Source: an uncultured virus (IMG/VR IMGVR_UViG_3300025120_000022) (taxonomy: Duplodnaviria; Heunggongvirae; Uroviricota; Caudoviricetes). From it: a stretch of 64,000 nt of DNA. The notes under the pieces were generated by a model. That model had not been told where the DNA came from. It did no database searches and was given only the letters and a program-made list of their open reading frames with translations. The stretch is taken from the IMG/VR virus record IMGVR_UViG_3300025120_000022; one strand, 5' to 3'. A program made the translations under genes and the position numbers. Of this stretch, positions 28,841-37,715 are shown piece by piece; position 1 is the first letter of the stretch; each line of letters begins with the position of its first letter.

Positions 28841-29872
28841 ATGAATCGCCACGACCTAGAGAAACTCAATGTAGCATATACCCAGGTTCATGAGAAAAAA
28901 GACTCTTCTTATCTTGAGACTGATATGAAGAAGCGCCAAGAGAATAACGAGAAGGCGCGTAAAGATATGGCGAAAGTGAAGGGTCAGAAGAATCCTCACT
29001 TTGAAGAAGTTGAGAATGTAGAAGAACTTTATAAAGGTAAGCATGGTCAGAGTGAGAAGCAGTATCAGGATAGTAGATCTGATGCAGGCAAGATGGTCTC
29101 TGGCGACTCTAAAATGAGTGGATCTAAGTATGCTCAGGGCAGAAGAACTGGTAGTGATGCTGGTGCTCAACCTGCTGGTGGTTCACAAAAACCTGCAAGT
29201 CAGGGTAAGATGGACTCTGGTTCAAGAATTGATCTCACCTTCCGTAAAGTAGCACTTAAAAAGAAAGCAGATGGTATGAAGAAAGAAGAAACAGTTGCTG
29301 AAGATGCTAAGATGGCCAAGCAATCAGATGAAAAACTGTCAGCACTTCATAAGCAAGTAACCTCATCTGATCAGTCTCTTCCTTCTAACCAGTTTATGTT
29401 GAAGAGAGTTCAAAAAGAAATGAATCGTAGAAAAAAAGTAACTAAAGAAGAAGTTGAGCAGGTCGCTGAAGTAATGACTCCTGCTCTCATAGGTGGCACA
29501 CTTGGTGCTGTAACTGGAAAGAAAGGTAAGAAGTTGCAGTCGGGAGTTGGTGCAGGTGCCGGTGCAGCAGTAGGTGCTGCGATGGGCGGACCTGTAGGTG
29601 CTATAGTCGGTGGACTTGTTGGTAAAAAAGTTGCAGAAGAAATTCTTAGAAAGTCAATCGTAGAATTAGAAAATGTTGATGAAGCAATGTCTTCATACGA
29701 TAAAAATCGTAAGAGAGCAGCACAAAGAGCAGCAGATAGAAACGCTGCCCGTGCCGCAGGTAAGACTGGTGCAGTTCCTGGCGTAGGTTATGTAACTGCT
29801 AGAAAAGAGAAAGAAACTTACACTGACGAAAAAGGAACTGTCCGCCACAAGTCTGGTGCTAAGAACGAATAA
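28841..29872 (+). CDS. Basic modular late protein, putative capsid-internal polyprotein
   Basis: K/R-rich modules separated by VEE/VAE/VDE; glycine-zipper module. Confidence 0.6.
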   Translation: MNRHDLEKLNVAYTQVHEKKDSSYLETDMKKRQENNEKARKDMAKVKGQKNPHFEEVENVEELYKGKHGQSEKQYQDSRSDAGKMVSGDSKMSGSKYAQGRRTGSDAGAQPAGGSQKPASQGKMDSGSRIDLTFRKVALKKKADGMKKEETVAEDAKMAKQSDEKLSALHKQVTSSDQSLPSNQFMLKRVQKEMNRRKKVTKEEVEQVAEVMTPALIGGTLGAVTGKKGKKLQSGVGAGAGAAVGAAMGGPVGAIVGGLVGKKVAEEILRKSIVELENVDEAMSSYDKNRKRAAQRAADRNAARAAGKTGAVPGVGYVTARKEKETYTDEKGTVRHKSGAKNE

Positions 29873-29925
29873 TTATCACTACTAAATATAGTATAACGGT
29901 ATCGTAAGGAAACCTTTACAGAATT

Positions 29926-31179
29926 ATGAAAAAGTTCAGTCAGTTCCTTTCCGAAGCAGGAGAAACGACTGTATCCTCTCAAGCTCGAAAGATGGGTTTG
30001 AAAGGAGACGGACATGGTGGATGGTACGATCAGCAGGGCAAGTTTAAAGCAAAAACTGTTGATGGTAAGTTAAAGGTTTTTTCTGGACGTGAAGCAAAGG
30101 CAGAAGAAGAAAAGCAAAAGCAAAAGAAAGCAGGAGCAGATGCTGTAAGAAGCACTGCTAAGACTGCTGCTGCAACTCCAGCACAAAAGCAGCAACCTGC
30201 ACAGCAGCAACAACAACAACAAACAGCAGCACAAGAACCCGAAGGTGAAGAAGCACTTGAGTCTTCTGGTGCTGTGATTGTATTCGGTCGTTTTAATCCT
30301 CCTACAATTGGACATGAGAAACTGTTGAAAGCAGCAGCAACTCAGGCAAAGAGAGAAGGTGCAGATTTAGCAATATATCCAAGTAGAACTCAAGATAAGA
30401 AAAAGAATCCACTTGACCCCAAGAGTAAGATTGGATTCATGAAGACGATGTTCCCAGATTATGAAGAGAACATCTTTGACGATAATAAAGCAAAAACTAT
30501 CTTTGATGTTTTGTCTGCTAAGTATGCAGTCGGATATAAGAGTGTAACTATCATGGTTGGTCAAGACCGTCTTGCAGAATTCCAAGGTCTTGCTCAAAAG
30601 TATAATGGTTCTGAGATGTATGACTTTGAAGAAATCAAAGTTGTCTCTGCTGGTGCTCGTGACCCAGATGCTGATGACGTATCAGGAATGTCTGCATCTA
30701 AATTGAGAGCACATGCTGCCGAGAATGATTTCAATGCATTCTCCAAGGGTGTTCCCAATAAGATGACTGTTATTCAGAAGAAAGAAATGTTCAATTCTGT
30801 TCGTAAGTCTATGAACATCAAAGAAGAATTGTGGCAGATCGCACCCAAATTTGATCCCGAGTCACTACGTGAATCGTATGTAAAAGGAAAAATTTTCAGA
30901 ATTGGTGATATTGTAGAGAATTTAAATACTGGATTAGTTGGACAAGTCAATCGTCGTGGAACTAACTATATCATCTGTGTAACCGAGGATGGTATCATGT
31001 TCAAATCTTGGTTAAAGGATATCAAGGAGTATTCCGAAGTCAAGATGAATAAAATGATGAGAGATAAAAAGCATCCAAATACTCTTGTGGGAACTGCTGG
31101 ATTCTTAAAGTATGTTTCACGCATGACTCCTGGTGCAATGCTCAACAAACGCTATGTTGTAAAGGTGGGAAAGAAGTAA
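29926..31179 (+). CDS. Cytidylyltransferase-family (HxGH-type) nucleotidyltransferase with capsid-targeting-like N-terminus
   Basis: FGRFNPPTIGH, KNPL, VGQDR, GMSASKLR; MKKFSQFLSE start; poly-Q linker. Confidence 0.8.
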   Translation: MKKFSQFLSEAGETTVSSQARKMGLKGDGHGGWYDQQGKFKAKTVDGKLKVFSGREAKAEEEKQKQKKAGADAVRSTAKTAAATPAQKQQPAQQQQQQQTAAQEPEGEEALESSGAVIVFGRFNPPTIGHEKLLKAAATQAKREGADLAIYPSRTQDKKKNPLDPKSKIGFMKTMFPDYEENIFDDNKAKTIFDVLSAKYAVGYKSVTIMVGQDRLAEFQGLAQKYNGSEMYDFEEIKVVSAGARDPDADDVSGMSASKLRAHAAENDFNAFSKGVPNKMTVIQKKEMFNSVRKSMNIKEELWQIAPKFDPESLRESYVKGKIFRIGDIVENLNTGLVGQVNRRGTNYIICVTEDGIMFKSWLKDIKEYSEVKMNKMMRDKKHPNTLVGTAGFLKYVSRMTPGAMLNKRYVVKVGKK

Positions 31180-31187
31180 TATAAATA
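31180..31187 (+). promoter_or_regulatory. T4-type late promoter
   Basis: TATAAATA. Confidence 0.8.
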
Positions 31188-31214
31188 ATTTCAACTCCTT
31201 GTTTTTTGGCAGAA

Positions 31215-31385
31215 ATGAAGTCCTGGAAAGAATTTGCTCAAGATTTAGAAGAAAAGACTCTTGATCCCGTAGGTCAGGAAGATGCTGACGTAGACAACGA
31301 CGGTGACGTTGATAAGTCAGATGATTATCTGAAGAATCGTCGTAAGGCAGTCGGGAAAGCAATTGCTAAAAAGGGCAAGAAATGA
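31215..31385 (+). CDS. 56-aa late protein with EF-hand-like loop (not in the ORF track)
   Basis: MKSWKEFAQDLEE...DVDNDGDVDKSD...; ATGA overlap with the next gene. Confidence 0.7.
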   Translation: MKSWKEFAQDLEEKTLDPVGQEDADVDNDGDVDKSDDYLKNRRKAVGKAIAKKGKK

Positions 31386-33820
31386 CTCCAAAAGAAAAGA
31401 AAGACGCTGCCAATAAGATACTTGACGACACGATGACCGTGAGTCAGTCAAAGAAGCGCAAACTTGATCTGAGAGCAAAAGATTTAGAGATTCGTCAGGG
31501 ATCTTTAAATCGTAAGAAGGAGAATGATGCCGCTGCTCAACAGAGGAGAGATGATTCTGCAAAGAAGAAAGTAGAGTCAGAAAAATCATCTACTTCAGAC
31601 AAAAAAGTTTCTGATGCAGTTGCTGGTATTCGTGCTCGTAAGCAAAAGAAAGCAGATCTTGAATCAAAAAAATTAGAAAAAATCAAAGGTATTGCTACTA
31701 AGAGAAAAGCAGGTGTTGATAAGAGTCTGTCTCGTGCGAAGCAAGTAGCAAAGTCTGGACGTGGTGGTGAATCAATTGACAAGGATGACGGCGAGGGAAC
31801 CGCACAAGTCAAGATGGCAAAGGGTGTCGCTAAAGCAGGTTTTGCCGCTGCAAGAACAGGATTTAATCTTGCTAAAGCAGGAGCAAAGGCACTTGGATCT
31901 GCACCTTCAAGAATCAAAGCAGGTTCAGCACAGCGTAAGGCAGATAGAAGAGAAAAGAAGATTGATGATCGTAATCAGAAACTTGCTGACGCACAAGACA
32001 AGAAGGTTAGCGACAGACTTAATCGTAGGAGAATGAATAAGTTAGGGAAACTCAATCCCTTTCGTAGTAAGTCTAGTGGTAGTGCTGCCGATTCTACTAA
32101 TAATGCTTCAGAAAAAAGAGTTGCAGCAAAAACAAGAAACGATGTTGCAAAGTCTTCCACAAAGTCTGCAGCAAAAGTAACATCAAATAATATAGTAGCA
32201 AACCCTACTATGAAATCTGCTGCTAGTGATCCTCTGGCAAAGGCAGCACCTAATGTTAGGAAACCAATTTCTCCTACTAGGAAATCTGCTGCTAGCGATC
32301 CTCTGGCAAAGGCATCTTCAAACACACCAGTAAGACCTGCTCGCAGAGTACTACCTCCAGCAGGTGGAGTTAATAACCCAAGACCACAATCCAAACCATC
32401 AGCAGCTGCCGGTAACATGTCTGACGCACAGAGAGCACGAAAGGATCCTGCATTCAGAAGAGAATTAATTAAAAAGAGAAGTAAGGGTATGAACGAAGAG
32501 TTCTATCAATATCTTTTGGAGATTGAAAAAAAGAGTGAGGATAAAGTCAATAAAGTTATTGATGTTATGCGTGGCAAAAACAAGATTGAAATCTCTCCAC
32601 AAATTAGTGAAGGAGTCACTGGTGGTATTCTGATTCAGGATGCTGAAGATTATACCCCCCTTGAGATTGAAACTGTTGACGTAATCAAAGCAAAACCACT
32701 AAAGGAATATAGTACTCTGGTCAGACAGGGTATTAAAGTTGGTGGTAAAAAAGGTGGTAGAGCAGTTCAAGCAGGTGAGAAAGCAGCAGTTGCTAAGGGT
32801 CAAGAGATGAAAGCAAAGGCAGCAAAACCTGCAGAAGCAGGAAAGGGTGAAAAAATTGGTGCTGTTGTGGGTGGAGTTGCTGGTGGTCTTGCCGGTGGTA
32901 TTCTGGATGGTCCTTTACCTGTAGGCGATATCGTTGGTGGTATTGCTGGTTCTAAGATCGGTGGAGCAATCGGTAAAAAATTCGACAAGAAGGAAAAACC
33001 TATGAAGGAAGAAGCATCAGATACAATGAAGGATCGCCAATTGGAGCGTGGCGGTATGGGTGCTAGAAGGACACCAAAGAAACCAATTGGTGCTCCTAAT
33101 ACATTCGGAAAGAAACCTTCTAAAAAATATGATGGTATGTCTGCAGTTGATAAAGTAAAGGCAAGTATTCGTGCTCAATACGGAGACAAAGCAATTATGG
33201 ACACCAAGAAAACCAAAAAAGAAGGTTTCTCTGATTGGAGAAGTGATCTTCTAGCAGAGGCACCAGTTGAGGCACCACCTAAGAAACCACTCAAGGATAC
33301 TGGTAATCCAATTCAAAATACTTGGAATAAGTTTGTTCCTCCCCCAGAGTCATCTAATAATCCAAACGTAAGATCTGGAAAACTGAAACCAGGTAAACTG
33401 GAAAAACCTGCTCTGGATGCGTTGAATAAAGGTGCAGCGACTGTAAATGCACCTATCAAAGCAGCTAGTCAAGCAGGAAAGACATTACAAAAAGGTGTTG
33501 ATGCTGTTGGAAATGCTGCTAAGGCAGTAGGAAATTATGCGATGGCGAATCCTGGTAAGGCAGCTGCCATCGGAGCAGGTGTTGTTGGTGCCGGACTTCT
33601 TGCTAAGAAACTCCTTGGTGGTGACAAGAAGAAAGAACAGAAAGAACATAATGATTGGCGTTCTGAAATGGGGATTGTTGAAGAAGAAGGTAAGAAAGAT
33701 GCTTGCTATAAGAAAGTAAAAGCATCTGCTAAAGTATGGCCTTCTGCATATGCTTCTGGTCGTCTAGTTCAGTGCCGCAAGAAAGGCGCTGCTAATTACG
33801 GAAACTCCAAATCTAAATAG
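31382..33820 (+). CDS. Large Lys/Ala-rich modular protein, putative capsid-internal polyprotein
   Basis: 812 aa, low complexity, repeated xxE(E) and DWRS motifs, glycine zippers, C-terminal CY..VK....WPSAYASG..VQC module. Confidence 0.65.
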   Translation: MTPKEKKDAANKILDDTMTVSQSKKRKLDLRAKDLEIRQGSLNRKKENDAAAQQRRDDSAKKKVESEKSSTSDKKVSDAVAGIRARKQKKADLESKKLEKIKGIATKRKAGVDKSLSRAKQVAKSGRGGESIDKDDGEGTAQVKMAKGVAKAGFAAARTGFNLAKAGAKALGSAPSRIKAGSAQRKADRREKKIDDRNQKLADAQDKKVSDRLNRRRMNKLGKLNPFRSKSSGSAADSTNNASEKRVAAKTRNDVAKSSTKSAAKVTSNNIVANPTMKSAASDPLAKAAPNVRKPISPTRKSAASDPLAKASSNTPVRPARRVLPPAGGVNNPRPQSKPSAAAGNMSDAQRARKDPAFRRELIKKRSKGMNEEFYQYLLEIEKKSEDKVNKVIDVMRGKNKIEISPQISEGVTGGILIQDAEDYTPLEIETVDVIKAKPLKEYSTLVRQGIKVGGKKGGRAVQAGEKAAVAKGQEMKAKAAKPAEAGKGEKIGAVVGGVAGGLAGGILDGPLPVGDIVGGIAGSKIGGAIGKKFDKKEKPMKEEASDTMKDRQLERGGMGARRTPKKPIGAPNTFGKKPSKKYDGMSAVDKVKASIRAQYGDKAIMDTKKTKKEGFSDWRSDLLAEAPVEAPPKKPLKDTGNPIQNTWNKFVPPPESSNNPNVRSGKLKPGKLEKPALDALNKGAATVNAPIKAASQAGKTLQKGVDAVGNAAKAVGNYAMANPGKAAAIGAGVVGAGLLAKKLLGGDKKKEQKEHNDWRSEMGIVEEEGKKDACYKKVKASAKVWPSAYASGRLVQCRKKGAANYGNSKSK
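32204..32314 (+). repeat. 42-bp direct repeat, two copies, period 69
   Basis: CCTACTAnGAAATCTGCTGCTAGnGATCCTCTGGCAAAGGCA at 32204 and 32273. Confidence 0.9.
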
Positions 33821-33837
33821 GACATGAGACAACACCT

Positions 33838-34740
33838 ATGGATATCGAGATTATAAAACTGAGATTATATCAAGGACTATCGGAGGATTTACGTAAGTGG
33901 TTCAAAGATGGTGGTTGGAATAGATACAACACCAAAGGTGAGAAGGTGGGCAAATGTGCTCGCGATGATAAGGATGGTGATGGTAAGGCAGATGGTCCTA
34001 AACCAAAATGTCTTCCTGCATCCAAAGCAGCAAGTCTCGGTAAAAAGAAAGTTGCATCCGCAGTCAAAAGGAAAAGATCAGAAGATCCTAATCCCAACAG
34101 AACTGGAGCAGCAAAGAATGTGAAAACGGAATCGGTAGTCCATGAAATGATTTCTACTTCTATTAGTGGTAGAAAATATAAAAGTATTGATAATTCAGAA
34201 GACCAGGAACGTATTGCAAAGGAAAAGGATACTGCTAAATCTGCTAAGATTAAAGCAGGTAAGGAAAGAAAAAAAGAATTAGCAGCAACCAGACAAACCA
34301 AAGGTATCAAGTTCTACGACGCAAAGGGGAGCGGTTACATGAAAGACGGCAAGAAAGTCTACGAAGGTGTTACATTCCAACAGTTCAATGAAAAAGCACA
34401 GAAGTGCTGGGACACTCACAAGAAAGTTGGAATGAAAATGAAGGGAGGTAAGTTAGTTAATGATTGCCGCCCCAAGAATGAAGAAGTTGAAGTTGAGGAA
34501 GGAGCAGCATGGACAAAAAAGTCCGGTAAGTCAGAATCAGGTGGACTCAATGAAAAGGGACGTAAGTCTTATGAAAAAGAGAATCCTGGTTCTGACTTAA
34601 AAGCACCGTCCAAAAAGAAAGGCAATAAGAGAAGAGCATCATTCTGTGCTAGAATGAAGGGGATGCGTAAGCGCCAAAAACCATCTAACAATACTGGTGA
34701 AGATCGTCTGTCTAAATCACTTAGAGCGTGGAACTGTTAA
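33838..34740 (+). CDS. Basic modular late protein with Cys-pair modules
   Basis: LRKWF..KPKCLP, KCW..DCRP and GGLNEKGR..SFCARM..WNC modules separated by Glu motifs. Confidence 0.65.
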   Translation: MDIEIIKLRLYQGLSEDLRKWFKDGGWNRYNTKGEKVGKCARDDKDGDGKADGPKPKCLPASKAASLGKKKVASAVKRKRSEDPNPNRTGAAKNVKTESVVHEMISTSISGRKYKSIDNSEDQERIAKEKDTAKSAKIKAGKERKKELAATRQTKGIKFYDAKGSGYMKDGKKVYEGVTFQQFNEKAQKCWDTHKKVGMKMKGGKLVNDCRPKNEEVEVEEGAAWTKKSGKSESGGLNEKGRKSYEKENPGSDLKAPSKKKGNKRRASFCARMKGMRKRQKPSNNTGEDRLSKSLRAWNC

Positions 34741-34964
34741 TTATTTTTTGAGGTTATTATGACTACTAAAGAACAAAAGCGCAAAGATGCTCTGGGGTTG
34801 TTTTACGAAAGTGTATTGAAACCTGATAGTAAACTCAGAGCATGTGCTCATAACCAAGAGTGCTTTAATGAGTTGATGGAATGGAGAGAAGATATAATTC
34901 GATATCTGGATGAGCGTAGAAATAAAGAGTTTCACTAAATAATCCAGTTATCATAGGCAAAATT

Positions 34965-35159
34965 ATGTTGTCAATTCTACTTCCACTTGCATCAAAGATT
35001 ATTTCTGATGCAGTAAACAAGATTCCTGAGAACGAGGAACTAGGCGAAAAACTTATTGATGTATGTCTGGTTATACTTGGTAAAGCAGTGAAACTTACCA
35101 AGACCGATATGGACGATAAACTTCTAGAACAAGTATCAGCAGCAATCAAAGCACGTTGA
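34965..35159 (+). CDS. Small hypothetical late protein
   Basis: CTAAATA upstream; followed by a terminator. Confidence 0.6.
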   Translation: MLSILLPLASKIISDAVNKIPENEELGEKLIDVCLVILGKAVKLTKTDMDDKLLEQVSAAIKAR

Positions 35160-35164
35160 TTTAT

Positions 35165-35202
35165 AGGGGACCAAAAAGTAGGGTCTCCTTTTTTTATAAA
35201 TA
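35165..35202 (+). terminator. Terminator fused to a late promoter
   Basis: GGGGACC/GGTCTCC stem, T-run continuing into TATAAATA (35195-35202). Confidence 0.7.
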
Positions 35203-35235
35203 TCAATATATAACAAGGATAAAGGAGAGTTAGTA

Positions 35236-35736
35236 ATGTCTCTTTGGGGCAATAAAGATACCGTATATAGTGACGGTACTATCGCAATCAGTGGTTCCAC
35301 CGTTACCGGCACAGGAACTACATTCAATACCGCAAGTCTTATCACCGCTGGTGATGTAATCACTGTCGGAACTGGCGCTACCTATGGAGAGGCAGTTATC
35401 GCAAGTGTTACCAATGCAACTACCGTTGTGCTTCAAACCACAGATGGTCTTACTGGAACTGTTCCAGCAGGTGCTGCATATGAGATTACACAGAAACCAA
35501 AATCATCTATTGGTGATACAAACTATGAAGCAACTGAAATTTTTGGTGTAGATAAAACCGAGCAAGATGTTGCTCGCACTGCGGGTTCAAAGTATAGACC
35601 TGCTCATGCTGGTTGGGTTGGAATTACTTCCTACACCGATCAACACGGAAACACGAGAGTTAAGACTGAAGTTTTAGTTGCTGGAAGCAGCATCACTGGA
35701 GACTCTAGTGACGATCAACAACTTCCAGATAGCTAA
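35236..35736 (+). CDS. Putative virion structural protein
   Basis: MSLWG start, Thr/Gly-rich beta region, HAGWVG, RVKTEVLVA; late promoter. Confidence 0.6.
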   Translation: MSLWGNKDTVYSDGTIAISGSTVTGTGTTFNTASLITAGDVITVGTGATYGEAVIASVTNATTVVLQTTDGLTGTVPAGAAYEITQKPKSSIGDTNYEATEIFGVDKTEQDVARTAGSKYRPAHAGWVGITSYTDQHGNTRVKTEVLVAGSSITGDSSDDQQLPDS

Positions 35737-35752
35737 TAACTGATTATTTGAT

Positions 35753-36124
35753 ATGCGATTTGATGAACTCAATGAATCGAATTATATAATGTTCGCTATG
35801 AAGCATTATGAGAATCCTCAGGCAGTGACGCAGGAGGATTTTTATGATGACATGAAGCGTTTTAAGTGGGTCAAAAGACTACTGAACAAATATAAAAATA
35901 CGGGGGAAATGAATGTTCCTCTTCTTCTAAACCATTTTATCATCCTCTATAATATATTTGGTGATGCTACAACACCGCTATTGTTTTATAGAATAGATAG
36001 TGAACTATGGACTATCCTTAAAACTTTTATAGTATACCTGGATAGACTACCCCAATATCCTATTTCTCATATTCATACGATACAGATAGATTCTAATTGT
36101 AAAGATATCTTAGACCGTTTATGA
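35753..36124 (+). CDS. Conserved T4-like hypothetical protein
   Basis: FAMKHYENP, DMKRFK..KRLL, LLLNH.IILYNIFG. Confidence 0.7.
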   Translation: MRFDELNESNYIMFAMKHYENPQAVTQEDFYDDMKRFKWVKRLLNKYKNTGEMNVPLLLNHFIILYNIFGDATTPLLFYRIDSELWTILKTFIVYLDRLPQYPISHIHTIQIDSNCKDILDRL

Positions 36125-36327
36125 AAACCTTTTACCAGTTTTACGAAGAAATGATGTCTGCTAATGCCGCAGGCACTAGCGGTGGTTTTGGTGCTAACTC
36201 TCCTGCCGAGGGACCTACTGCTGGTAAAGAAACTCCTATGGGTAAAATGAATAGAAGGGGGAAACCTCAAATCATTGGTAAAGGAAAATATCCTGGCGCA
36301 AGAAAAAGGTGGTCTAAGAATGGATGA
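36121..36327 (+). CDS. Small protein with capsid-targeting-like N-terminus
   Basis: MKTFYQFYEE start; GPTAG motif. Confidence 0.6.
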   Translation: MKTFYQFYEEMMSANAAGTSGGFGANSPAEGPTAGKETPMGKMNRRGKPQIIGKGKYPGARKRWSKNG

Positions 36328-36712
36328 GGCAGCATCCGCAGCAAACGCCGCAATTCTAGAAAGATTGGAAAGAATTGTTGATTCTCTTCAAGATAATTCT
36401 GTAAAGATGGGTCAACTTCTAGCAGTCCATAATGAGAAATTAGACAAGCAAGATAGAATTGATGCAGTTCTCTTTGAGAAAATAGATAGTGTACACCGTG
36501 AGGTAAATCGTAAGGCAGAGGAGATAAAGAGAGGTTGTGAGAGAGATATTAGATTAATTGATGATCGTCTTCGTCTTATAGAAAGGAAGATGTGGACTGT
36601 TGCTGGTGCTTTGACCATAGTCTCATTCATAGTCAGTATGCCGGGACAAAAATTGATGGGAAACATCTTGACATCATCCTCTCCGCAGGTTATAATAGAG
36701 CGAGGAAAGTAG
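36320..36712 (+). CDS. Coiled-coil protein with C-terminal transmembrane segment
   Basis: LLAVHNEKL; RL..IERKMWTVAGALTIVSFIV. Confidence 0.6.
   Translation: MDEAASAANAAILERLERIVDSLQDNSVKMGQLLAVHNEKLDKQDRIDAVLFEKIDSVHREVNRKAEEIKRGCERDIRLIDDRLRLIERKMWTVAGALTIVSFIVSMPGQKLMGNILTSSSPQVIIERGK
36668..36696 (+). promoter_or_regulatory. Consensus sigma70-like promoter for primase-nrd
   Basis: TTGACA-17nt-TATAAT. Confidence 0.75.
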
Positions 36713-36722
36713 TCCCCTTGTA

Positions 36723-37715
36723 ATGAGTTTCATTGATTCCAAGTATATCGGACTGGTTTCGGTTCGGTTGCAGAAGTTTAGTCGAAAAAAAGAAAACCTT
36801 TATACTTTTAGATGCCCCTATTGCGGAGACTCGCAGAAGAATAAGAATAAGACCAGGGGTTATATCTACAAGCATAAGAACGATCATAACTTCAAGTGTC
36901 ACAATTGTGGTGCTTCAAAGAGTTTTACCAACTTTCTGAAGGACCAAGATGTGGGTCTCTATGACGAATATGTAATGGAACGATACAAGTCAGGATTGAC
37001 TGGTAGAGCATCCAATACACCCAACCCGGTAATACCTAGTAGCAAACCACACTTCAAGAAAAAGGACTTTGATCTTCAAAGAATCTCGGAACTAAATAAT
37101 TTGCACCCGGCAAAGATCTACCTCCAAAACAGACAAATACCAGACAAACTATTGCGGGAGTTTTACTTCTGCGAAAGGTTCAAACAGTGGACTAATACTC
37201 AAAAACAGATGTTTGATGATGAGGAGAATGACGAATCTAGAATCATCATTCCACTCAAAGATAAGAAAGGAATCTTCGGGTTCCAGGGACGGGCACTCAA
37301 CCCAAAGTCCAAACTTAGGTACATTACTGTAATGCTCAATGATGACTCGCCAAAGATTTACGGACTTGATAAAATTGATGCTTCAGAACCCATTTACATT
37401 GTTGAAGGACCCTTCGACTCCACGTTTATCAAAAACGCTGTTGCTATGTGTGGGTCCGACGTTGATATTAGGACGCTTGGTTGGAGCGATTATATTTGGG
37501 TTTTTGATAACGAACCACGTAACAAACAAATCTGTGACAGAATCTCCAGAACAATCGACATTGGAGATAAGGTAGTAATCTGGAAACCAGAGATAAAAGA
37601 AAAGGACCTGAATGATATGGTTCTCGCAGGACTAGAAGTAGAAGAAGTGGTAAGGTCTAACACCTATCACGGATTAAATGCAAAAGTAAAATTTAACGGA
37701 TGGAAAAGAGTATGA
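36723..37715 (+). CDS. g61: DNA primase gp61
   Basis: CPYCGDS..CHNC zinc finger, FQGR, VEGPFDS, FDNEPRN, KDLND. Confidence 0.95.
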   Translation: MSFIDSKYIGLVSVRLQKFSRKKENLYTFRCPYCGDSQKNKNKTRGYIYKHKNDHNFKCHNCGASKSFTNFLKDQDVGLYDEYVMERYKSGLTGRASNTPNPVIPSSKPHFKKKDFDLQRISELNNLHPAKIYLQNRQIPDKLLREFYFCERFKQWTNTQKQMFDDEENDESRIIIPLKDKKGIFGFQGRALNPKSKLRYITVMLNDDSPKIYGLDKIDASEPIYIVEGPFDSTFIKNAVAMCGSDVDIRTLGWSDYIWVFDNEPRNKQICDRISRTIDIGDKVVIWKPEIKEKDLNDMVLAGLEVEEVVRSNTYHGLNAKVKFNGWKRV

